In this document: positions 24,796 to 32,567 of the stretch, one piece after another
Layout of the letters: every line of letters begins with the position of its first letter
Numbering within the stretch: the stretch's first letter is position 1
Assembly (NCBI GenBank): GCA_964611445.1
Contig: CAZSYZ010000004.1
Span: 1-33,016, forward strand
Direction: 5' to 3'
Length of the DNA: 33,016 nt
From: an uncultured archaeon
Lineage (GTDB): Archaea > Aenigmatarchaeota > Aenigmatarchaeia > QMZP01 > JAFGSV01
Position numbers and translations under genes: made by a program
Notes under the pieces: generated by a model
Databases searched by the model: none
What the model was told of the DNA's origin: nothing
What the model saw: only the letters and a program-made list of their open reading frames with translations

Positions 24796-25142
24796 ATGAA
24801 AAAAGGGATTTCATTTTTATCAAGCATATTCTGGAAAGCGTAAATGCAATAAATGATTTTTCCAAGGGAATCGACAAGGAAGAATTGACCTCTAGCAGAT
24901 TGAAGCAAAGTGCAATAGTCAGGGAAATAGAGATAATAGGAGAAGCTGCCAAGAATATTTCCAAGAAAACCAAAAACAGATACAGTAATATTGAATGGAA
25001 GGAAATTGCCGGAACCAGAGATAAAATGATTCATCATTATTTCGGGGTTGATTTGGATATCGTTTTAGCCATAATAAAAAAAGATATTCCAGAACTGAAA
25101 AAAGAAATATTGAAAATTGAAAAGGACTTTGAAAATAAATGA
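24792..25142 (+). CDS. hepT: HepT (DUF86) HEPN-domain toxin
   Basis: ILESV..I...., EIIGEAAKNIS and the Rx4HxY motif RDKMIHHY. Confidence 0.9.
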   Translation: MNEKRDFIFIKHILESVNAINDFSKGIDKEELTSSRLKQSAIVREIEIIGEAAKNISKKTKNRYSNIEWKEIAGTRDKMIHHYFGVDLDIVLAIIKKDIPELKKEILKIEKDFENK

Positions 25143-25292
25143 ATTAACAAAACGATGCCTGAAGGCGGCACTATGAATAAATTGACGAAAATCAACGGTT
25201 GCTTCTGTAAAGCTAGCTCCCTGAGAAACCCGTGACTAGCCCGATTGGGGGGACGATACCCAATATTTATATCCGGGCGCGCCCTTATCATT

Positions 25293-25877
25293 ATGAGAGC
25301 GAAGGGCATCTTCAGCGCCACGGAAGTCACACACATAGTAATCTCGGTGCTGGTGCTCTGCGTGGTGTTCTCGTACCCCGAGTTCCTGGCGGACCCCTAC
25401 TTCTTCCTGGTTTCCCTGGCAGTCCTCGGCGTGGCCTTCATGGGACACGAGCTCTCGCACAAGTTCACCGCCATCAGGGAGGGCTTCCGGTCCGAGTACA
25501 GGATGTGGCCGCAGGGCCTGGCAATCGCCGTGCTGCTCGCGCTCGCCAGCGGCGGATCGTTCGTCTTCGCTGCTCCCGGCGCGGTGTATTTCGAGGGCGG
25601 GACGTTCTTCAGGCGGCCGGGGAGGAAGGCCCTCACGAGGATATCGATGGCAGGGATCACCTTCAACGTAGCCCTGATGTGGACCTCGCTGCTGCTCTTC
25701 TTCGTGAGCGGGTTGTCCGTCCTCTCCTACATGGCCATGATAAACGGCTGGCTCGCCATATTCAACCTGCTCCCGTTCGGGATGCTGGACGGCCGCAAGC
25801 TCTTCGGGCTCAACAGAAACCTATGGATAGTGCTGATAGTCCTCGCAGCCGCCGGCTTCCTGCTTTCCAACTTCTGA
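25293..25877 (+). CDS. M50-family (site-2 protease-like) membrane metalloprotease
   Basis: HExxH as MGHELSHKF in a TM segment, plus NLLPFGMLDGRKL. ATG 25293 is preferred over TTG 25245 because AATATTTATA lies about 25 nt upstream. Confidence 0.85.
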   Translation: MRAKGIFSATEVTHIVISVLVLCVVFSYPEFLADPYFFLVSLAVLGVAFMGHELSHKFTAIREGFRSEYRMWPQGLAIAVLLALASGGSFVFAAPGAVYFEGGTFFRRPGRKALTRISMAGITFNVALMWTSLLLFFVSGLSVLSYMAMINGWLAIFNLLPFGMLDGRKLFGLNRNLWIVLIVLAAAGFLLSNF

Positions 25878-25929
25878 CGCGGCAGCCGCAAGCTTTAAAC
25901 AGTACTGTATTATAAAAAATACATATGTA

Positions 25930-26018
25930 TGAAAAATTAAACCGGATTTCTTATTCCTGAACGGGCATGGAAGTTCCGAGTGCTTCTGCGGCTACGAAAA
26001 CGAGCCTGTAATATGCAT
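25930..26018 (+). pseudogene. Isolated ~89 nt fragment homologous to the His-box region of the caspase-like gene at 32708-32797
   Basis: Encodes ..KPDFLFLNGHGSSECFCGYENEPVIC.. with no start, a 1 nt indel and flanking stops. About 84 of 90 positions match the right-hand copy by manual alignment. Confidence 0.75.
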
Positions 26019-26070
26019 ACTATCTTTTGCCAAATGATACTGAGAAGACTTCCGGGACATTATGGACAGT

Positions 26071-27348
26071 TCATGAGGCAGGCGTTTCAAGGAGCCACTT
26101 CCAGAGCGGTATGTATTTCACCTTTTTTCCCGAGATTTCTTCCGCGTCATCCTTCTCTTCCGTTATGATAAGAAGATTCTCGCATCCCAGTTCGTCTGAG
26201 GCGTTCAGAAGCGCCCTCGTTTCCCTGTCTTTCGTTGCCGGGTCCGAGATGTCATGGCAGACCTGTATTAGCTCCATTATTTCCAGCCCGTGCTTGACAA
26301 CGAAGTCGACCTCCTGATGTCGCTGGTTTTTCCAGTAATATATCTCGGTCAATGGGTCTGATGACATCCTTCTGAGAAGGTCGATGGCCACTACATTCTC
26401 ATAGAGGCGGCCATAATCGCTTGAAAACCTTCCGGAAAGGCTCTTTATGACCGATGTGTCAATGACGTACACTTTCCTGTTGCTTTTTTCTATTTCAACC
26501 GGTTTCCTGGAAATTCTCTTCAGAATAAAGATGAGATAAGCTTCCTCGAGGTAAGATACGTAGTTCTTGACCGTATGCTCGCTTTTCATGTTGAACTGGC
26601 GTTTCAGCTTGTTGTAGCTTATGCTCCTCCCAGGATTCGAAAGAAGTGTTATCGCAATCTCCCGGAAGGTCTTCTTGTACGATATCCCGTACCTGCCGAT
26701 TATGTCCCTCTCAAGGATCTTCGTGTACAGTTCCCTGGCATATACTCCGGGCATTTCATGTTCGGTGACGACCTCGGGGAATCCACCAGCGTCTATGTAC
26801 TTTGAGAGTTCCCGTTTCATGACCGCTTTCCCTCTCGTCGTGCCGCAGTCATCGCTGATGTTCATCGCATTCAGGTATTCCCTGAAACTGAAAGGGTACA
26901 GTTCCATCGACATGTGCCTTCCCGTCAGGTGCGTGGACAGTTCCCTGCTGAGAAGCTTGGAGTTGCTCCCGGTTATCACGAGGTTCATGCCCATTCTCTT
27001 GAGCCGGTTCGCGAAGAGCTCCCATTTTTCGAGGTTCTGTATCTCGTCGAGGAGTATGAATTCAATATCCTTGCCGTAAATTTCATAGAAAGACGAAAGG
27101 ATGTCGTCCGTGTCAATGTCTGCGATGCGCTCGTCGTCAAAATTCATGTATGCGAACTTCCTGTCTTTCATGAGCATCCGCGCGAACACGGATTTCCCGC
27201 ACCTCCTTACGCCGGTTATGACCTTTATCAGGCCGGACCGCATGAAATCCTCATACAGGCTTTCCGACTCCCTCTTTATCAGGCGTTTTCTTTTGACGAA
27301 CTCTTCCATCTCCTGCCTTTGATCCCTCAGGACGTCTGTAAGCTTCAT
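26071..27348 (-). CDS. AAA+ ATPase, COG1373 / AAA_14 + DUF4143 type
   Basis: Walker A ITGVRRCGKS. Walker B FILLDEIQ. C-terminal ..EVDFVV.. restriction-endonuclease-like region typical of DUF4143. Confidence 0.85.
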   Translation of the reverse strand: MKLTDVLRDQRQEMEEFVKRKRLIKRESESLYEDFMRSGLIKVITGVRRCGKSVFARMLMKDRKFAYMNFDDERIADIDTDDILSSFYEIYGKDIEFILLDEIQNLEKWELFANRLKRMGMNLVITGSNSKLLSRELSTHLTGRHMSMELYPFSFREYLNAMNISDDCGTTRGKAVMKRELSKYIDAGGFPEVVTEHEMPGVYARELYTKILERDIIGRYGISYKKTFREIAITLLSNPGRSISYNKLKRQFNMKSEHTVKNYVSYLEEAYLIFILKRISRKPVEIEKSNRKVYVIDTSVIKSLSGRFSSDYGRLYENVVAIDLLRRMSSDPLTEIYYWKNQRHQEVDFVVKHGLEIMELIQVCHDISDPATKDRETRALLNASDELGCENLLIITEEKDDAEEISGKKVKYIPLWKWLLETPAS

Positions 27349-27520
27349 GATTATTAATTGCGCCGCTTGTTTATAAATGTTCGCATTATAATTGCGTAAA
27401 ATTTAATTATTTTACGTAATATAGAATTAATATTGATGATGGATACATGACAGCGTTCTGATGATCCTTTCAGTCCCCCTTTCCAGCCCCACCTGACCTT
27501 TTCTTGACCAGCTTTCTGAA

Positions 27521-27531
27521 CCCCCCCCCCC
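27521..27531 (+). repeat. C11 homopolymer in the divergent ATPase intergenic region
   Basis: Eleven consecutive C residues, 52 nt upstream of the 27584 start. Confidence 0.95.
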
Positions 27532-27583
27532 GATGTGCGATGGCGATAATTATTTAAGTATATTTAATTATAATAGCATTATT

Positions 27584-28879
27584 ATGAAATATTTTGAAAG
27601 AAATCTGCTGGCGGAAGTGAAAAAATGGACGGGCAGAAGGGAGATTATACTCATAAAGGGTCCCAGGCAGAGCGGGAAGACAACCCTTCTGGAGATGCTG
27701 AAGGAGTGGCTCGTCAGCGGGAAGGCGGTGAAGCCGGGGAACATATCATTCGTGACGTTCGAAGACAGGGAGGAGCTGGAGAAGTTCTCGGAAGACCCAC
27801 TGAGCTTCGTGAAAAGGCGCGTGAGCGGGAAGGGCAGGCACTATCTCTTCATAGACGAAGCGCAGTACTGCAGGGATGCCGGGCAGAAGCTCAAGCTGGT
27901 CTACGATACGTATGACAACGTGAAGCTCTTTGTCACGGGGTCCTCTTCGCTCGAACTCACGTCGGAAACATCTAAATACCTCGTCGGGAGGGTTTTCTCG
28001 TTCGAGCTTCACCCGTTCAGCTTCCACGAGTTCCTGAACGCCCGCGACAAGAAGCTCGCCGCACTTTTCCTCGAGGTCAGGTCGGACGTAGTCCGCCTCA
28101 TCCTGGAAGGAAAGGATTTCAGGGCGAGGGGTAAGGACATCCTGGTCCCCGAACTCCTGAAAGAGTTTGGCGAATACGTAACCTACGGGGGATATCCGGA
28201 GGTCGTGAAGTCTGACTCGGACGAAGAAAAGGTCATGGTGTTAAAGAACATCTTCAACACATACCTGGAAAAGGACATAATATCATACCTCCAGATTACC
28301 GATACCGGCAAGTTCAGGAAGCTAGTGTCGGTCCTGTCGGCGATTACCGGGGGCCTCGTGTCATACGACAAGCTCGTGAAGTCGTGCGGCGGTTACTTCA
28401 AGGAAATCACCGGCCTCCTGGACGTGCTCGAACAGACCTATGTCGTGAAGTTTCTGAGGCCGTTCCATAAGAACATGGTGACCGAGCTCAGAAAGAGCCC
28501 GAAGGTGTATTTCCACGACTGCGGGATAAGGAATTACGCGATAAGCAATTTCAATGCGCTTGACATAAGGGAGGACGCAGGGAAACTGGCAGAAAATTTC
28601 GTCCTCAACGAGGTCTCTTCCTACTCCGAAAACATGTTCGTCAATTTCTGGAGGACAACAGCGAAGGCGGAAGTCGACGTGATCCTTACGGTCGGCGAAA
28701 GGGTCGTGCCGATCGAAGTGAAGTTCGAGAACATGAAAGAAGGTGAAATCACCAGAAGCTTTCTGAGCTTCATCGAAACGTACGGCCCTGAATTCGCGAT
28801 TGTCGCGACAAGGGATTTCTGGGGCGAGCGCAGGGTAGGGAAGACCGTCGTGAAGTTCATCCCGATAGTATATTTATGA
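27584..28879 (+). CDS. AAA+ ATPase, COG1373 / AAA_14 + DUF4143 type (paralog of 26071-27348)
   Basis: ATG 27584 (MKYFERNLL) is preceded by TATTTAAGTATATTTAATTATAATA. Walker A IKGPRQSGKTT. Walker B LFIDEAQ. C-terminal ..AEVDVIL.. region. Confidence 0.85.
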   Translation: MKYFERNLLAEVKKWTGRREIILIKGPRQSGKTTLLEMLKEWLVSGKAVKPGNISFVTFEDREELEKFSEDPLSFVKRRVSGKGRHYLFIDEAQYCRDAGQKLKLVYDTYDNVKLFVTGSSSLELTSETSKYLVGRVFSFELHPFSFHEFLNARDKKLAALFLEVRSDVVRLILEGKDFRARGKDILVPELLKEFGEYVTYGGYPEVVKSDSDEEKVMVLKNIFNTYLEKDIISYLQITDTGKFRKLVSVLSAITGGLVSYDKLVKSCGGYFKEITGLLDVLEQTYVVKFLRPFHKNMVTELRKSPKVYFHDCGIRNYAISNFNALDIREDAGKLAENFVLNEVSSYSENMFVNFWRTTAKAEVDVILTVGERVVPIEVKFENMKEGEITRSFLSFIETYGPEFAIVATRDFWGERRVGKTVVKFIPIVYL

Positions 28880-29109
28880 CGCCAGGGAGGACGGCGGCCG
28901 CAAGGCCCCGATTTTCTTAAAAAGTGCTTACGAAGACATCATTTATGATACCTTTCTCTGCAGGAAACAGGAAATGGGTGCTTCTTGGAGCTTTTGGGAG
29001 AGCCGGACCGTCTAAATATGAAAATAATACGTTTCGCTATCCTTATCAAAATTGATAAGCATATGCAAACGAAATATTGTTTTATAAAGGAGCCGCGCGA
29101 AATATTGTC

Positions 29110-29871
29110 ATGGGCGGGAAGGACGCGACGGGAAACGCGAACGCGTGCTATGGGGAAAACGGGAAAAGGACGAACAAGATAGCACTCCTCAAGGAGCTTG
29201 GGACATACCCCTTCTTCACGCTGAACGACTTCGTGAGGATTGCAGGCAGGCCGCCCGCCTACTGCTGGACATACCTTTCGAGGCTGAAAAGGGAGGGACT
29301 CGTTTTCAGCATAGAGAGGGGAAAGTACACAGTCCACGAAGACCCGCTCGTGTTTTCCACAAGCATTTCGCCGCCCTCGTACATAAGCTTCTGGACCGCG
29401 ATGAGGTTCCACGGCCTGACCGAGCAGCTCCCCTCGGACGTCATGGTGGCCTCGCCGCGCTCCAAGAAGACCATAGCCTTCAGCGGGACAAAGATAAGGT
29501 TCTTCAGGACCAAGGAGATGTGGGGATTTGCCAAGCAGAGGTACTCCGGCTTTGACATATTCATGGCGGACAAGGAAAAGTGCGTGATAGATTCGCTGCT
29601 CCTAAAAAACGTCCCCTTCGACGAAATAGCCAAAGCCGTCAGGGACGGCGGCTTCGGCCGGGAAATGGCGGATGCGGCCCTCAGGTGCGGCAGCATGTCG
29701 GTGATGAAGAGGCTCGGGTACATGATGGAGAAATCCGGGCTCGTCACGGGAGAAATGGAAAAGGGACTTGACGGGAATTATGTGCCCTTCGACTGGAACC
29801 GGCCAGCGAAGGGAAGCAAATGCAGGAAGTGGAGGATAATAGAAAACAGGCGGTTGGATGATATCGACTGA
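29110..29871 (+). CDS. abiEi: AbiEi-like antitoxin / transcriptional regulator (COG5340 type)
   Basis: wHTH-like FTLNDFVRIAG..YLSRLKREGLVFSIERGKY, then SYISFWTAMRFHGLTEQLP. ATG 29110 lies about 25 nt after TTTTATAAAGG. Overlaps abiEii by 14 nt. Confidence 0.8.
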   Translation: MGGKDATGNANACYGENGKRTNKIALLKELGTYPFFTLNDFVRIAGRPPAYCWTYLSRLKREGLVFSIERGKYTVHEDPLVFSTSISPPSYISFWTAMRFHGLTEQLPSDVMVASPRSKKTIAFSGTKIRFFRTKEMWGFAKQRYSGFDIFMADKEKCVIDSLLLKNVPFDEIAKAVRDGGFGREMADAALRCGSMSVMKRLGYMMEKSGLVTGEMEKGLDGNYVPFDWNRPAKGSKCRKWRIIENRRLDDID

Positions 29872-30622
29872 GGAGCTTTCGAGGGTTGCGAAAATAAAGG
29901 GCATAAGGAACAGGTGGAGCGCCGAGAAGGACTACCTGCTTGAGATAGCCCTGCTCTCCATCTCCAGGAGCACGAAGGACGAGCTCGTCTTCAAGGGCGG
30001 CACGTGCATGAGCAAGTTCTACAAGCTCGACAGGTTCAGCGAGGACATAGACTTTTCGGCCCGCAGGGACATAGACGTTGACAGGGTGCTTGAAAAAATA
30101 GCCTCAGACATGAGGTCTTTTGGCGTCCTGGCCGGAATAATGGAGAGGGAGAAGAAACACGACTCCGTCATCGCGAGGGTAAGGTGCAGGGGGCCGCTGT
30201 ACAGCGGAAACCCGCAATCGCTTTCGAGCATAAAGGTCGACGTCAATCTCAAGTCCGGGACGGACGCCGAGCCTAAACTCTTGAGGTACAGTCCGCTGTA
30301 TTCCGAAATCCCGGCATTCTCCCTCTTGGTAATGGACGAAAGGGAGATACTCGCCGAGAAGGTCCGTGCAGTTATGTCGCGGGGCAAGGCGAGGGATGTC
30401 TACGACCTGCGGTTCCTGCTCGAGAAGGGCGTCCCCTTCGACGCGGGGCTCGTCGGGAAGAAGCTGGGCTTTTACGGGGAGAAGTGGGACCCGGGAAAGT
30501 TCAAGAGCGGACTCCTGGGGAAAAAGCCCTTCTGGAAAACCGAGCTGTCAGGTCTTGTCGCCTCGGTCCCTGACTTTGAAGAGACGAGGAAGGTCATACT
30601 TTCGAAGGTGCGGGGCGCGTAG
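29858..30622 (+). CDS. abiEii: AbiEii/AbiGii (DUF1814) nucleotidyltransferase toxin
   Basis: LVFKGGTCMSKFYKLDRFSEDIDFS signature, then ..REILAEKVRAV..RGKARDVYDL. Confidence 0.85.
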   Translation: MISTEELSRVAKIKGIRNRWSAEKDYLLEIALLSISRSTKDELVFKGGTCMSKFYKLDRFSEDIDFSARRDIDVDRVLEKIASDMRSFGVLAGIMEREKKHDSVIARVRCRGPLYSGNPQSLSSIKVDVNLKSGTDAEPKLLRYSPLYSEIPAFSLLVMDEREILAEKVRAVMSRGKARDVYDLRFLLEKGVPFDAGLVGKKLGFYGEKWDPGKFKSGLLGKKPFWKTELSGLVASVPDFEETRKVILSKVRGA

Positions 30623-30732
30623 GCGTAGCCTTGCAGGGGCCGGCTCCCTCCTTTCCAGCTTCTGAACGGGAAGCGGACACCGGACAGAAAGCCGGCCCAA
30701 AGAACTTTAACCTTCAATACAACCGTGTTCTC

Positions 30733-32001
30733 ATGGAAGACACGTCATTCGAGGACCTCTCGCTTGAACTCGGGGATTACGAGGTGAGGAAGGTAAAAAG
30801 CTTCGACAGGTCCTGGCGCATAGAGCAGGGGGGAAGCCTGCACACGAAGCCGCTCATCCATGAGGGGAAGGTCTACTTCGGCTGCTTCGACCACAACCTC
30901 TACTGCCTTGACGCGGCCACCGGGGAGGAAGTGTGGAGGTTCAGGGCCCGGGACCGCATAGGGGCAGCCGAGCCGGTCATCCATGACGGCGTGGTCTTCA
31001 TAGGCTCATACGACCACAACATGTACGGCATCGACTGCAGGACGGGCACGATGAAATGGAAGTTCAGGACAGAGGGCGAAATAAACCGGAGGGCCTGCAT
31101 AAAGGACGGTACGATTTACTTCGGCTCCAGGGACAACTTCTTTTACGCGGTCGGCCTGGAGAGCAGAAAGCTGCTGTGGAAGTTCAGGATGCAGGATTCT
31201 CTTGGTTCGGCACCGGTAATGCACGGGGACAGACTGTTCATCGGGTCCTTCGACCAGAACCTTTACTGCATCAACCGGCTGGACGGCAGTCTGCTTTGGA
31301 AGTTCAGGACGCAGGGGGAGATAATAAGCCTCAACCAGCCGCTGATACACGAAAATGCCGTGTATTTCGGCTCCTTCGACGGGAACGTTTACGCCGTTGA
31401 CACGGAAACCGGAAGGGAGCTGCGGAGGTTCAGGGCGGGCATGTACGGCGCATCGACGTCCCCGGTCCTGCACGAAAACGTCCTTTACCAGGGCTCCAGG
31501 GACGGGATACTGAGCGCCGTGACCCCTGACGGCAAAACCAAGTGGAAATTCTATACGAAGGAGATGCTCCTTGCGCCCCTGATACACAGGCAAAGAATCT
31601 ACGTGGGCTCCGGGGACCAGAACCTCCACTGCCTCGACCTGAAGGGAAGGGAGATATGGAAATTCCCCACCCGGGGCTTCGTCTGGTGGCAGCCGTCGGC
31701 GTGGAACGACACGGTCTACTTCGGCTCGTGGGACTGCAACCTGTACGCGGTTTCCACTGACGGAAGGCTGCTGTGGAAGTTCAGGACGGGCGGCTCCCCT
31801 TCTTACATCCCTCCGACTTTCGAATACTTCGAGATCGAGTTCAAGATCCCCGGGACGGAGGTGCACGAGGAAAGGAAGAAGACGTACGACCTGGATCTCG
31901 GCGAAGGCGCCGGGGAAGGCGCAGGCGCGTACAAGACCAGGATAACGTACCTGATTACATCGCCGTACCAGAAAAGGGGCACGTACCGGGCGGAATCGTA
32001 G
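30733..32001 (+). CDS. PQQ-like beta-propeller repeat protein, no signal peptide
   Basis: About eight repeats of the pattern ..G.VYFGS.D.NLYA.D..TG...WKFRT.G. The DNA shows the recurring CTGTGGAAGTTCAGGA blade motif. ATG 30733 chosen inside track ORF 30631-32001. Confidence 0.85.
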   Translation: MEDTSFEDLSLELGDYEVRKVKSFDRSWRIEQGGSLHTKPLIHEGKVYFGCFDHNLYCLDAATGEEVWRFRARDRIGAAEPVIHDGVVFIGSYDHNMYGIDCRTGTMKWKFRTEGEINRRACIKDGTIYFGSRDNFFYAVGLESRKLLWKFRMQDSLGSAPVMHGDRLFIGSFDQNLYCINRLDGSLLWKFRTQGEIISLNQPLIHENAVYFGSFDGNVYAVDTETGRELRRFRAGMYGASTSPVLHENVLYQGSRDGILSAVTPDGKTKWKFYTKEMLLAPLIHRQRIYVGSGDQNLHCLDLKGREIWKFPTRGFVWWQPSAWNDTVYFGSWDCNLYAVSTDGRLLWKFRTGGSPSYIPPTFEYFEIEFKIPGTEVHEERKKTYDLDLGEGAGEGAGAYKTRITYLITSPYQKRGTYRAES

Positions 32002-32116
32002 GAGGTTTCGGGTTTTCCGCGCGGAAGGCGGCGGTTTAATCAAAAAGTGAAGCATGGAACCGTTGATTCAGAACGCTGACTTTACATTTATATTGCGAGA
32101 TTGCCAATAACTTCTT

Positions 32117-32320
32117 ATGGTCGACACCGCTTACGACAAGCTGCGCGCCGCTTTCCTCAGGGCATTCGCTTCTGTTCCCGATTCCTTGAGAAGCGAAATA
32201 ATAGCGGTCGTCGACGGGAAGCCTTTCACATGGGAAAGCTCATACGTGGAAGTAAAGGGCGGCACGGAAAAATCCAAAAAAATACTGAACGAGCTTAAAA
32301 AACTTGAGATAATAAGTTAA
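32117..32320 (+). CDS. Small hypothetical protein (67 aa)
   Basis: TATA-like ACATTTATATTG about 30 nt upstream. The stop abuts the next ORF. Weak paralogy to the next ORF (S.P...I..G..FT....EV..G.E). Confidence 0.5.
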   Translation: MVDTAYDKLRAAFLRAFASVPDSLRSEIIAVVDGKPFTWESSYVEVKGGTEKSKKILNELKKLEIIS

Positions 32321-32329
32321 GTGGTTGTT

Positions 32330-32548
32330 ATGTACAGCGAAGACATAAAGGAACTCGTCAAGCTCCGTCTGATGTCCACCCCTTCCAACATTCTTATCTC
32401 GATAGGCGGGTTCGGGGAGTTCACCAAGGACCAGCTGATAGATGAGGTGGAGAAAGGATCCGAAATAGGAAACGCCGCAATCAGGATGGAAATCACCTTC
32501 CTCAGAAAAATGCCTTCCCTTTCCAAGATAGCGGCCGAAACGAGGTGA
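32330..32548 (+). CDS. Small hypothetical protein (72 aa)
   Basis: ATG 32330 (the track start 32321 is GTG). Tightly packed between the 67 aa ORF and the caspase-like gene. Confidence 0.5.
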   Translation: MYSEDIKELVKLRLMSTPSNILISIGGFGEFTKDQLIDEVEKGSEIGNAAIRMEITFLRKMPSLSKIAAETR

Positions 32549-32567
32549 TATCATAACCAGGCTTCTG

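Noticed and set aside
25980-26168. 62 aa ORF MLLRLRKRACNMH..
   Set aside because: It is an out-of-frame reading of the duplicated caspase-gene fragment running into the antisense of the ATPase 3' end.
30733-32001. Recurring CTGTGGAAGTTCAGGA-type DNA repeats as a satellite or tandem array
   Set aside because: They are the in-frame WKFR blade motif of a beta-propeller protein. The periodicity is about 40 codons and the sequence between motifs is diverged.
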